DNA of 64,000 nt. Origin: Eledone cirrhosa (taxonomy: Eukaryota). The stretch is from contig OZ024746.1 of the NCBI GenBank assembly GCA_964016885.1, forward strand, positions 93,682,001-93,746,000, in the 5' to 3' direction. Position numbers and translations under genes: made by a program. The notes under the pieces were generated by a model. The model saw nothing but the letters and a program-made list of their open reading frames with translations, did not search any database and was not told where the DNA came from. Positions 38,671-50,520 of the stretch are shown piece by piece (the first letter of the stretch is position 1; every line of letters begins with the position of its first letter).

Positions 38671-39904
38671 GTGTGTATATACATATATCATCATCACCTC
38701 CGTCTTACGTCCATTTTCCACACTAGCATGGGTTAGACGTGTTGTCCTGTTGTGGGCAATGCTAGGTCAGGTGACCATGTCTTGTTCATACAGGACTGAT
38801 TCTGGCTTGGTTTCTACAGCTGGATGCCCTTCCTAATGCCAACTTCATTTACAGTGAGTACTGGGTGCTTTTTGTCGTAACGCCTACACAACCACTTTAC
38901 AGTGTGGGGAAATCAAGAAAGGCCTAGGCAGAGGTACTGAGAGCTGATATCAAATTGCTGAAGCTCACAGTAGAAATGACAAAACCAGCAATGGGTGGAA
39001 GGACACTGTGCTAACAAACATCTGTCTAACGCAGGCATGAGCAACCTTTTTCGAGAATCGGGCTGCATGAGATGTGGCTCAACATCAGGCAGGCCGCAAG
39101 CGCTAATTTACATTCGTGGGCACATAAAAAAAAGGGCAGTAACTCAGGTTGTTTTGATTTGTTTCTTCAGAATTCGTACAAGTTGTTGTCCTCGATTGTA
39201 AAAATGATAGAAAGATAAATTACGACTGAAAACTTGGGGGAAAAAAATTTCAGAGAAAGATTTCACTTAGGTGACTTAGGTGAGTCATTGAGAAAGCTTC
39301 GTGGGCCACAGCATCAAAAATCATCAAAAATCAGACATAAAACAATAATGATGATTGCTAACAGCTGTAGTTAGGGTTTAAACCTGCTATGGAGAGTTCA
39401 GGGGAGAGTCTTGTACACTCTCAATCACTGGTCTGATGAGCTCATGACTGCAATGTCACGAGTTCAATTCCTAGACTAGGTAACATGTCATGTTCTTGAG
39501 TTCACATTGCGTCAACCTACTCAGCTGAAAATGAGAACCAGCAGTAGAATCTTAGGGTTAAACTTGTTAGTGATGGACTGACATCTCCATCCAGAGAGGG
39601 TGGGGCATCTTATACTCCCAGTCCACTTAACACCTATGAAACCAGAATAAGCTCCAACCTGAGACAGACCTTGACATTCTGTGGTTACTCTTTCAATGGT
39701 TTTAGTCAATTATATTGACCGGTAGCACTACTTGTAGTATGGTATTTATGTTTATCGACCTCTTCACATCAATACACACAAAACTAAATTACACAGCTGG
39801 CATTTATTGTTGACAGAAGGGATATTGGGAAAGACTTTAGATCAACAAATTTTTCATCTTAACCTTTTTGATAACAAATTACCCCCAAACCACCTCTGGC
39901 TCTA

Positions 39905-40135
39905 TTAATCCGTTAGCATTTACATTACTCTATGTTTACTATTGTATTTTTGTGGTAAAGGCTTTACTGCTTATAGTTATCTCACATAATATCAAATCTA
40001 CAAGATTTTGATGTTATTTATATTTTGAGAACAATACCTTAATGTCAGTATGAGCAGGCAGTTATGGCAGTTTTGAACAGAAAGAGATGAAAGAATTCTG
40101 TCAGGATATGGCCAGTTTAAATTCTAAAGGGTTAA
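39905..40135. mobile_element. TTAA MITE C nested in a MITE D-like element
   Basis: TTAA at both ends (39905-39908 and 40132-40135). Confidence 0.8.
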
Positions 40136-40275
40136 ATGAAACCACCTGTTTTAAAGAGTTCATATTTAAAGCAACCATTTCATGACTGCATTTCTAATGA
40201 AATACACTCTATTTTAATTAAACAATGATCATTTTGAGAGATTTACTTAAATTATTAATTATTTCATTACTAAGA

Positions 40276-40824
40276 CTAGCAGAAAAACCATCCTTCAGTG
40301 GTTATCTGCTAGTATGTATAGTGTGTATATTGATAATATACGCAAATATATATGCATGTAGATATGATACATCAAATAAAATTGTAATCGACAATATACA
40401 CAGAAATTGAAGAGATACTGTGTTACACTGTCTTCTGTAATCAGTAAAGTAATCCATGATACATTTAAAAAAGACAATATTATATATAAAAGGCATTACG
40501 GTGAAATTTAATGAAAACGAAAATGGAGAAAATTAGCGATGGAAATATAAACGTTATTTATGAATGTTTATATAAGCGATATGATATAGTATACGTTATA
40601 TCATAACCGGAAGTATTGACATTTGAAAATTTTAAAAGAAGTGAATCTTAAAATAAGCAATCATTATATATAAGAATATTTATGTTTAATCAACAGCTAC
40701 AACATTTAGTACATAAATTATGGAATATTCATTATTTATTCAAAGTAATCCAACTTATTTTACTAACGGGATAAAAAATATATTCAGGACACTGTCCTGC
40801 ACTTCTCCCTTTATTATATTATGA
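40276..40824 (-). mobile_element. Complete non-autonomous Helitron
   Basis: 5' TC and 3' CTAG, inserted in A|T with no TSD; host MITE D rejoins as at 53431-53460; second copy at 46298-46744. Confidence 0.85.
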
Positions 40825-41100
40825 TAACAACTTGATGTAAGGTTCTTACATGAAACTCTGGTGGAAGATTTTAATTTAAATTGGAGACTTTCAAAATGGG
40901 TGGTTTTATTTCATAGAACCAGAGCTGGTTTTGGTTGGGTTGGTAACTAAAGGGTTAAAACCTTCCAACATTATTTGATGTAAAAGCCTTTTTTTTTTTG
41001 TTATGTTGCAAATAATATCTTCATAATGAAATAATTAATAATTTTATTTGATTCCTCCAGATATATTATAAATATGGTAATGAAAAGGTTAACTGTTTGA

Positions 41101-41470
41101 CATCATCATCATCATCATCATTTTACGTCCGCTTCTCCCTGCTTGCAAAGGTGGGATGGGTCCTATTCAGCACAGCATCTCTCCATTTGTCACGATCCTT
41201 CGTCATCTCCTCCGTGAGCTTCAGCGATCGCACTCAGCTCTCATCACCTCCGCCCATGATTTTCGTGACCTTCCTCCACCATGTCTTCCTTCTACTGGCA
41301 TTTCTTGGCACTTCTTTACCCAGCGGTCATCCTCCATGCACATCACATGTCCATACCATCTCAGTCTTCTCTCCCACACACTACAGCTTATCCCTCTTAT
41401 ACACAGTTTCTCTCTCAACTCATCCATGCTTGGTCGTTCACGCACATCCAACGGAGCATGTCTGCTTTCT
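41101..41470 (-). mobile_element. RTE LINE 3' end with (ATG)n tail
   Basis: 'ELREKLCIRG..ERRLRWYGHVMCMEDDRWVKKC'. Confidence 0.9.
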
Positions 41471-41554
41471 GACATAACAGAAAAAGAATAGAAAGGAGTC
41501 AGATCAGATCAGATCAAGGAAATTGTGTCCATTGGTATTCCCATTGCTGATACT

Positions 41555-41796
41555 GATGGTGGTTGTTACTAGTAGTGGTAGTGGTAGTAGTGATGGTGGT
41601 GGTTGTTGTAGTACTAGTAGTGGTAGTGGTGGTTGTTGTAGTACTTGTAGTCGTGGTGGTGGTGGTGGTTATTGTAGTACTTGTAATCATGGTGGTGGTG
41701 GTGTAGTACTTGTAGTGATAGTAGTAGTAGTAGTAGTAATGGTGGTAGTGGTTGTAGTATTTGTAGTCATGGTGGTGGTGGTGTTAGTAGTAGTAA

Positions 41797-41827
<31 letters not shown>

Positions 41828-42010
41828 GGTCGTCGTCGTAGTAGTAGTAGTGGTGGTGGTGGTGGTGGTGGTGGTGGTGGTGGTGGTGGTGGTAGTAATA
41901 GTGGTGGTGGTGGTGGTAGTAATAGTGGTGGTAGTAGTGGTAGTGGTGGTAGTAGTGGTAGTGATGGTAGTAGTAGTAGTAGTAGTGGTGGTGGTGGTAG
42001 TAGTTGTAAC
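41555..42010. repeat. (GGT/GTA)n low-complexity tract
   Basis: Directly visible. Confidence 0.95.
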
Positions 42011-42432
42011 AGCAGCTGTAACAACAGCAACAGGTTTATGTCATTGGTCCATATACAAGCACACACAAACATACAAACACACATACTCATTTATACAACC
42101 CCCCCCCCCACACACACACACACACATATATACAAACACACACGCACACAAGTGTAGAAACATACATAGACACACATGCTAACATGCATTTCACAACCTG
42201 TTGAAAATAGTAGCTAAATCATACTCAAACCCCATCTTCTATCACCACCATCACCATCATCATCATCATCATTTTATGTCTATTTTCAACACTGGCCAGA
42301 GTTAGACTGGTCATCACAATCTGTCTTAGGTTTTATTCAGTCCTTGCTCTTCTAGACAGGTCAGAAGATCATGCCTTACTCATATTTACTGTAGCTGGTA
42401 TGATTTCTAGTTGGATGCCCTTCTTAATACCA

Positions 42433-43688
42433 ACCACTTCTGTGAGAGTACTGAGTACATTTCATCGTGGCACCAGTACTACCACTTTATAGAGTGTACT
42501 GAGGGTATTTCATTGTGACACCAGTACTACCACTTTATAGAGTGTACTGAGGGTATTTCATTGTGACACCAGTACTACCACTTTATAGAGTGTACTGAGT
42601 GTATTTCATTGTGACACCAGTACTACCACTTTATAGAGTGTACTGAGGGTATTTCATTGTGACACCAGTACTACCACTTTATAGAGTGTACTGAGGGTAT
42701 TTCATTGTGACACCAGTACTACCACTTTATAGAGTGTACTGAGGGTATTTCATTGTGACACCAGTACTACCACTTTATAGAGTGTACTGAGTGTATTTCA
42801 TTGTGACACCAGTACTACCACTTTATAGAGTGTACTGAGGGTATTTCATTGTGACACCAGTACTACCACTTTATAGAGTGTACTGAGGGTATTTCATCGT
42901 GGCCCCAGTACTACCACTTTATAGAGTGTACTGAGGGTATTTCATCGTGGCCCCAGTACTACCACTTTATAGAGTGTACTGAGGGTATTTCATGGTGACA
43001 CCAGTACTACCACTTTATAGAGTGTACTGAGGGTATTTCATCGTGACACCAGTACTACCACTTTATAGAGTGTACTGAGGGTATTTCATTGTGACACCAG
43101 TACTACCACTTTATAGAGTGTACTGAGGGTATTTCATCGTGACACCAGTACTACCACTTTATAGAGTGTACTGAGGGTATTTCATCGTTGCCCCAGTACT
43201 ACCACTTTATAGAGTGTACTGAGGGTATTTCATCGTGACACCAGTACTACCACTTTATAGAGTGTACTGAGGGTATTTCATCGTGACACCAGTACTACCA
43301 CTTTATAGAGTGTACTGAGGGTATTTCATCGTGACACCAGTACTACCACTTTATAGAGTGTACTGAGGGTATTTCATTGTGACACCAGTACTATCACTTT
43401 ATAGAGTGTACTGAGGGTATTTCATTGTGACACCAGTACTACCACTTTATAGAGTGTACTGAGGGTATTTCATTGTGACACCAGTACTACCACTTTATAG
43501 AGTGTACTGAGGGTATTTCATTGTGACACCAGTACTACCACTTTATAGAGTGTACTGAGGGTATTTCATCGTGACACCAGTACTACCACTTTATAGAGTG
43601 TACTGAGGGTATTTCATCGTGACACCAGTACTACCACTTTATAGAGTGTACTGAGGGTATTTCATCGTGACACCAGTACTATCACTTT
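42433..43688. repeat. 48-bp minisatellite, ~26 units
   Basis: Unit accactttatagagtgtactgagggtatttcattgtgacaccagtact. Confidence 0.95.
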
Positions 43689-44250
43689 TCCCTGCTTACA
43701 AGGGTGAGACGGGTCTTCTTCAGCACAGTATCTCTCCATTCGTCACGGTCCCTCGTCATTTCCTCCATCAGCTTCAGCGATCTGAGGTCCGCTCTCACCA
43801 CCTCCATGCATGTTTTTCGTGGTCTTCCTCTACTGCGTTTTCCTTCCACCAGTATTTCATGGCACTTCTTCATCCAGCTGTCATCTTCCATGAGTATCAC
43901 ATGTCCATACCAATGCAATCTTTTCTGCACACTACAGTTTATCCCCCTTATACAGTTTCACTCTCAACTCGTCTATGCTTGGTCGTTCACACAAATTGAC
44001 AGTGCACTTCCAACGGAGCATGCTTGCTTCATTTCTCTCCAGCTGTCGCATATCCCCCGCAGTTGCTGCCCATGTCTCACTACCATGCAGCTTCGCACAT
44101 CTCACACAGGCATCATATAGCCGACCTTTTGTTTGTAGGGAGAAACCCTTCGTTGTCAACAGAGAGGGCAGCTCCCTAAACTTCTTCCATCCTGTCCTTA
44201 TTCTGGATACTATGGCCTCGGAGCATCCCCCTCCCTTGCTAATCTCATCA
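43684..44250 (-). mobile_element. RTE LINE 3' fragment
   Basis: 'KGRLYDACVR..LHGSETWA..QLERNEASMLRW' and 'RLHWYGHV..GRPRKT'. Confidence 0.9.
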
Positions 44251-44534
44251 CAAAGAAATTCGTTTTCAAATATGAAAACTGGAAAGATGTAGGTGAAAAA
44301 GTAATATCAGCTCAAATTACGATAATTTATTCCAATAAACTGTACATACGGCTACATACAATTTTTTTTTAAAACATATGAAATCCTAATGTGTGGATAA
44401 TCCTTATCCACACAGAGCAAATTTTATATATATCATCATCATCATCATCATCATCATTTTACGTCCAATGATGATGATATTAATGATGATGATGATGATA
44501 TTTATAAAATTTGCTCTGTGTATTATATATATAT

Positions 44535-44735
44535 AGGACTGGGGTCCATATCATTCAACTGTAAAGTGGTCGTGGAGGTGCCACGGCAAAAAAGCACCCA
44601 GCACTCACTGTAAATGAGGTTGGTGTTAGGAAGGGGATCCAGCTGTAGAAATCAAGCCAGAATCAGTTCCCGTCCCACCCTTGCAAGCAGGGAAAAGTGG
44701 ACGTAAAATGAAATGATAATGATGAAATGATGATG
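44535..44735 (+). mobile_element. SINE A 3' half
   Basis: Matches about 250-445. Confidence 0.85.
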
Positions 44736-44747
44736 ACATACACATAC

Positions 44748-44799
<52 letters not shown>

Positions 44800-45338
44800 G
44801 CCTTCCAGTTTCATTTCACATTATATACATGTGTGGATATTTTTTATTATTTAAAAATTATTTTTAAGTGAACATGATTTTAAAAAAATATTTTTAAGTG
44901 AACGTGATCCAACGGGTCAGGAATGGTCTAGTGTAATATAAAAGTAATGAAGTTCATTGGTATTAAGTCAATGTTCTCCAGCGAATGTCTAGCTCACTCA
45001 ATGAATCTGCTAAATTGCAGTAATGCAGCTGCAACCAGATGTTCAGAGTGCACACATTCAAGTTAATAGCAGATACGGTGGCTGTGTTTTTGGTAGAGAG
45101 AAAGATAAAAATCTCAACTTCTGGACGATAGAGTTTCTGTGTAACATAACTTCACAAATGAAGATATTACATCCGCAATGTTCAGAAAATCACGTAATAT
45201 CAGCATATATTTACAGAACCAGGCTGTTACATGTTATCAGCAGATGGCCCAAGTCATAAGATAGGTCTATACAGTGTGTGATAGCCATTACTACTGGACA
45301 AGGTATCCAGCAGTGCTTGCCATTCTCACACTCTGCCT

Positions 45339-45566
45339 TTAACCCTTTAATGTTTAAACCAGCCAAAACCGGCCAGAATTCTTTACCTCTTTCTGTTGAA
45401 ACTGGCTGTAACTGGTCGCTCAAACTGGTGTTAAGGTATTGTTCTCAAAATAAATATTTTCAAAATCTCATAGATTCGATATTATGTGAGATAATTATGT
45501 GAGGTAAAGCCTTTACCATGAAAATATAATAGTATATATAGAGTAATGTGAATGCTAAAGGGTTAA
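45339..45566. mobile_element. piggyBac-type MITE C, complete
   Basis: TTAA-CCCTTTA...TAAAGGG-TTAA. Confidence 0.85.
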
Positions 45567-45696
45567 TGAAAAAGAGGAAGAATCCTGTTATAAACTAAAA
45601 TACATGGTCTAGTGGTTGAATTCAAACAAAGGAATCTGCACCAAACAAAGAACTCAACTAGCTACTCGTATATACATAACGAGGTTTATGCATATA

Positions 45697-45747
<51 letters not shown>

Positions 45748-45903
45748 AATAGGATTTCGCTTCAAGCATAGCTTTATACAATATGTATAAATATTTTGTA
45801 TCTCCAAAGAAATACGGTTTTAAGAAGCCGTAGCTATGCAAACACCGGGGGGGGGGGGGCTAACGCCCTCTGGTGATGTCCAGCAGAAGCAAGAGGGACA
45901 ACC

Positions 45904-45949
45904 AACCGTTTATGCATTTCAGGCCTAACTGGCCTTCGTCAGGACGGTC
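45904..45949 (-). ncRNA. Minimal type I hammerhead ribozyme motif
   Basis: GACCGUC CUGACGA AGGCC-AGUUA-GGCCU GAAA UGCA UA AACGGUU; palindromic stem III AUGCAU. Confidence 0.7.
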
Positions 45950-46297
45950 CCTCCCACCGCTTGCGACTGCTGGACTAGGAGACAGGCGAGAATATATACT
46001 TTTCTCGTCTGTGTAAATGATATATATACACAAGCAAATGATAGCTGATTAGTGATAGAAAGTCGAACATTCAATATTCAAAATTTCATATTAGAAAAAA
46101 TAAACAAGAAATATTGAAAAGTCTAACCTTATACAGGAGATTCAAACCAGTGCAGCTGGGAGTACAATATAATATAAAAGTAATGAAGATCACTGGTATT
46201 AAGTCAACCTGTTGACTTAAGAAACATTGGAAAAATTGAAATGTAGTTGTCCCAACACAATTGACTATAATAATAGTTGATCACTATAAATAATAAT

Positions 46298-46744
46298 TGG
46301 TGGTTTTCTGCTAGCATGTGTAGTGTGCATATTGATATTATACGCAAATATATATGCATGTACATGCATGGAGATATGATACATCAAATAAAATCATAAT
46401 CGACAATATGCACAGAAATTGAATAAAGACTACGTTACACTGTCTTCTGTAATCAGTAAAGTAATCCATGATACATTAAAAAATGACGATATTATTTATA
46501 AACTGTGAATGTTTATATAAGCAATCGCTAACCGGAAGTGTTGACATTTGAAAATGTTAAAGAAGTGAATCTTTAAATAAGCAATAAAATTATTTATATT
46601 TAATTAAGAGTTACGAAATTCAGTAGATAAATTATGTAATATTCATTCATTATTTATTCAAAGTAATCCAACTTATTTTACAAACGGGATAAAAAAATAT
46701 ATTCTGGACGCAGTCCCGCACTCCTTACTTTGTTATAGTTAAGA
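46298..46744 (-). mobile_element. Helitron copy lacking the extreme 3' arm
   Basis: Colinear with 40298-40824. Confidence 0.8.
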
Positions 46745-47374
46745 TTGACTATTATGTACTTATAATCATCATCATCCTTGTCATCATTTTACATATGCTT
46801 TTCCATACCTGAATGAGTTGAACTGGTCTTCTCCGGCACAGCTTTTCTCCCCCTTTTGCATTCCTTAATCATCTCTTCTATGGTATTCAAAGTTCTGAGA
46901 TCACTTCTTAGCTCTTCTACTCCAATTTTTACTTTGTCTTCCTCTTTTGCAGCTTCCTTCCACTTGGAACTCCAGGCACTTCTTTGCCAAGAGTTCCAAT
47001 CAGTTTTGTAATACTTAACCCATCTAGTATTTAAACTGGCTATATCTGGCCAGGCCAGAATTCTCTCACCTCTTCCTGTCCAAACCCGGCTGTAACTGGC
47101 CAATCATACTGACATTAAGGTATAGTTCTCAAAATAAATATCAACATTTTATATATTCGATATTATGTTAAGCCCTACTGAACCTGATCAAAGGTGTTTC
47201 ATCTGGTCATCCTATCTTTTTAGGAGTTATCTTGAAATATATTATCAAATATGTCCTTTCCTTATTTAATCTTTTTGTTATCATATTTCTAATGAAAGTC
47301 ACTGCTTATCATTTTAAAATAATTTCGAAAATCAAGAATTTGCAAGGATTTAATAATAAAACAAACTTTCACTG

Positions 47375-47885
47375 CGATGGATTGGCAGTATCGGTAGAGC
47401 GTCGGGCACCATGCTTTACGGTATAGAGTTACGGCCTTTTACAGTCTGAGTTCAAATGCCGCTGAGGTTAGCTCTGCCTTTCATCCTTGTGGAGTCGATA
47501 AAATAAAGTACCAGTAATGCACTGGGGTCGATATAATAGATTTACCCTTCTTCAAAAATTGTTGGCCTTGTGTCGGTAGAAGGTCGGACGTCATGCTTTG
47601 AAGCATAAAGTTACGGCCCTTTATGGTCTGAGTTCAAATCCCGCTGAGGTTAACTTTGCCTTTCATCCTTACTGGGTTAATAAAATAAAGTACCAGTAAT
47701 GCACTGTGGTAATTGCTGGCCTTGTGCTAAAAGTAGAAACAATTATTATTGTTATTATTGATGAGGTTAACTTTGCTTTTCATCCTTACTGGGTTAATAA
47801 AATAAAGTACCAGTAATGCTCAGGGGTCAATCTAATCAACTGTCCCTTCAAATTGCTGGCCTTGTGCGAAATGTAAAAATAATTA
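47375..47885 (+). mobile_element. Three tandem SINE B units
   Basis: Repeated Nin/Deu-like core and tails. Confidence 0.85.
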
Positions 47886-48513
47886 TTAAGCTCTTTGGAA
47901 CATAACATTTTATCTTATGTACCTGTTGCATCCATCCGGCTGAGGCCATGCTAGGGCACCGGCCTTTAGATAAATATAAATATTTTGAAAGTTTTGTATC
48001 ATAGAACCAGGGACATTTTCATATGGTAGCTGGGTGGTAACAAAAGGATCAAGGGAGTAGGGTGGCATTTGAGGGAGATTTGGAAGCTATTTTTAGCAGG
48101 GTGAAGCAATAATCCTGGGGGTTAATTAATTAGTGGTCATATAGATAAAGATGGCTGGGTGTGGAAGGGTGGGTGGTGGAAGGGATAGAAAATAGGGGAC
48201 TGCTCAGTTTAGCTGGTTTCTTTCTGTTTTACTCTTTTATTTTGTTTGTTTCTTTACTTAATGAGTAAATTTTTCATTTATTTGTTCATTATATTTAATT
48301 TATTTTTATTTATTTATTTTATTTTTTATTTGTTTATTTATTCATTCATTTTTTTTTTTGCACCTGTTGTTAATTTACAGAGTTAGTTAAGAGGAAATAG
48401 AGGGAAGAAACAGGAAGTGAAGAACTTCCTGGTCTTATCTGGTCTGCTTACTCTTGATAAGGAAGAGGGTTAAGTAGGCCAAAAATATTAGGAACTAAGT
48501 GAATGATACACTT

Positions 48514-48553
<40 letters not shown>

Positions 48554-48856
48554 CCCTCTCTTTCTTTCTCTCCCTCTTTCTTTTTCTTTCTTTCTCTCCC
48601 TCTTTCTTTCTTTCTCTCCCTCTCCCTTTCTTTCTCTCTTTCTCTATTTTTCTCTATATATATATGTGTGTGTATGCATAGTTGATACACACACATGCAC
48701 ATATGTATATATGTGTGTGTTTAAAAAAATACAATATATACATACTAATATGCATATGCTTATGTGCATGTATGTAATGTATATGCACACACACACACAC
48801 ACGCACATATATGTGTGTGTGTCTCTCTCTCTATATATATTTATATATATATATAT

Positions 48857-49187
48857 ATCATCATCATTTTACGTCCACTTTTCCCTGCTTGCAAGGGTGG
48901 GACGGGAACTGATTCTGGCTTGATTTCTACAGCTGGATGCCCTTCCTAACACCAACCTCATTTACAGTGTGTGCTGGGTGCTTTTTGCTGTGGCGCCTCC
49001 ACGACCACTTTGCAGTGGAATGATATGGACCCCAGTCCTATCATCTCATTTCTACAGCTGAGTAAACTGGAGCAATGTGAAATAAAGTGTCTTGCTCAAG
49101 GAAACAACACATCACCCGGTCTGAGAATTGAACTCACAACCTTTCGATTGCAAGGCCAATGCTCTAACCACTAAGCCATGTGCCTCC
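48857..49187 (-). mobile_element. SINE A, full length
   Basis: Near-identical reverse complement of 102-445. Confidence 0.92.
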
Positions 49188-49483
49188 ATAAATACATATA
49201 TATATATATATACACATTACACGCCTGAGCATAAGCATACAAATATTTGCATATTTGTATGTGTGTATTGTATTTTTTTTAAATATAAGATGCTCCCTTA
49301 TTTTGAAGAGAATGTTTGGGGAAAAGTTAATATACATCTACACCTATACCCAACACGTGTATTGTATACATACATACATACATACATGCATGCATGCATA
49401 CATACATACATACATACATACATACATACATACATACATACATACATGCATGCATGCATGCATACCTACATACATACATACAT

Positions 49484-49893
49484 GGTGGCTGCCAACTCGT
49501 TTTCGAGTACGGCCACTACTTTATATCCATGTAGGAGAAACCTTACCGATGCGCTGAACGAGTGTGACTTCTTAGCCCAGCCAGCGACTTGAAAACTCTG
49601 GTACAAACACTACACTTGTGACAATTATTGACACATAGTGCTGGGCCCATGGTACCATGTGACGACAAGTGCAGAGAGATCTCCAGATGTAAAGCAATGC
49701 CTGTGCCGTGAAGCTTTTATAGTGAGCAAAGGCACTGCACAAAGCCAGTCCCACTCTCTTAACCAAGATGATATTTACCAAAAAGAAGAACAAGTCAACA
49801 TCATTGGATACCATCACAGTTGCAGGTGTTATATCAGAGTTTTCCTTCTCCTAGAATTCTGCCTTGACAAAGGCTAAGGGGTCATCTCTCCCG
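49484..49893 (-). mobile_element. Short bipartite RTE-derived element with a terminal C2H2 zinc-finger remnant
   Basis: 5' 'aaggcagaattctaggagaaggaaaactc'; 49620-49543 reads HKCSVCTRVFKSLAGLRSHTRSAHR*; (ATGT)n tail. Confidence 0.7.
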
Positions 49894-49969
49894 GACATAA
49901 ATACATACCCGGACATACATACATACATACATACATACATACATACATACATACATACATACATACATG

Positions 49970-50520
49970 TTAGTAACTGCCTCAATACAAATCTTGAGAA
50001 GCTAGGCTTCACAGGAACAGAAAGAACACAACTAGTTAGGAAATTACAAGTACAATCCATTAATGGAACAGTAAAAATATGTAAAACATTCCAAAAATTT
50101 TGCATCTAATACACACTTTCGGATGGCCGTTGACTCTTATGAGTTCTTCCGCCCTTTGTCAGGTTTTGTTCTTTGTCCTGCAAGGTGTCCAAAATCACCC
50201 TCCTCACTAAGTAAACTTGGTAGGGTTGCCGGTTTAGTCACTGACGACCCGACCATGCGACAGGTTGTGCTGGGTTACATGTTACCAGTAACACTCAAGA
50301 GTGACCCGACATAACATACATACATACATAAATGAGGAATCTGCAGATACTCCACCTTGACTATACCTTCAGATTTATGTCTGTGATTATTGGGGCACTG
50401 CCTCAATACAAATCTTGAGAAGGTAGGCTTCACAAAACCAGAAAGAACACACCTAATTAGGATATTACAAATACAATCCAGTAAAATATGTAAAACATTC
50501 CAAAAATTCTGCATCTAATA
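49970..50520 (+). mobile_element. Two tandem R4/Dong-like 3' fragments in (ACAT)n
   Basis: 'FRFMSVIIGAL' and 'NLEKLGF...RKLQVQSINGTVKICKTF', then a UTR ending in (ACAT)n. Confidence 0.65.

Noticed and set aside
39032-39310. hAT/Charlie-like element starting caggcatgagcaacc
   Set aside because: No matching second TIR or TSD found
39430-39475. CUGAUGA plus hairpin resembling a hammerhead
   Set aside because: No GAAA after the stem; it lies in a degraded SINE head
42433-43688. CRISPR-like appearance of the regular arrays (also 4057, 14410, 61640)
   Set aside because: No unique spacers, no cas genes, eukaryotic context
49543-49620. Host C2H2 zinc-finger gene exon
   Set aside because: Single finger without TGEKP linkers, inside a repeated element with a retroposon tail
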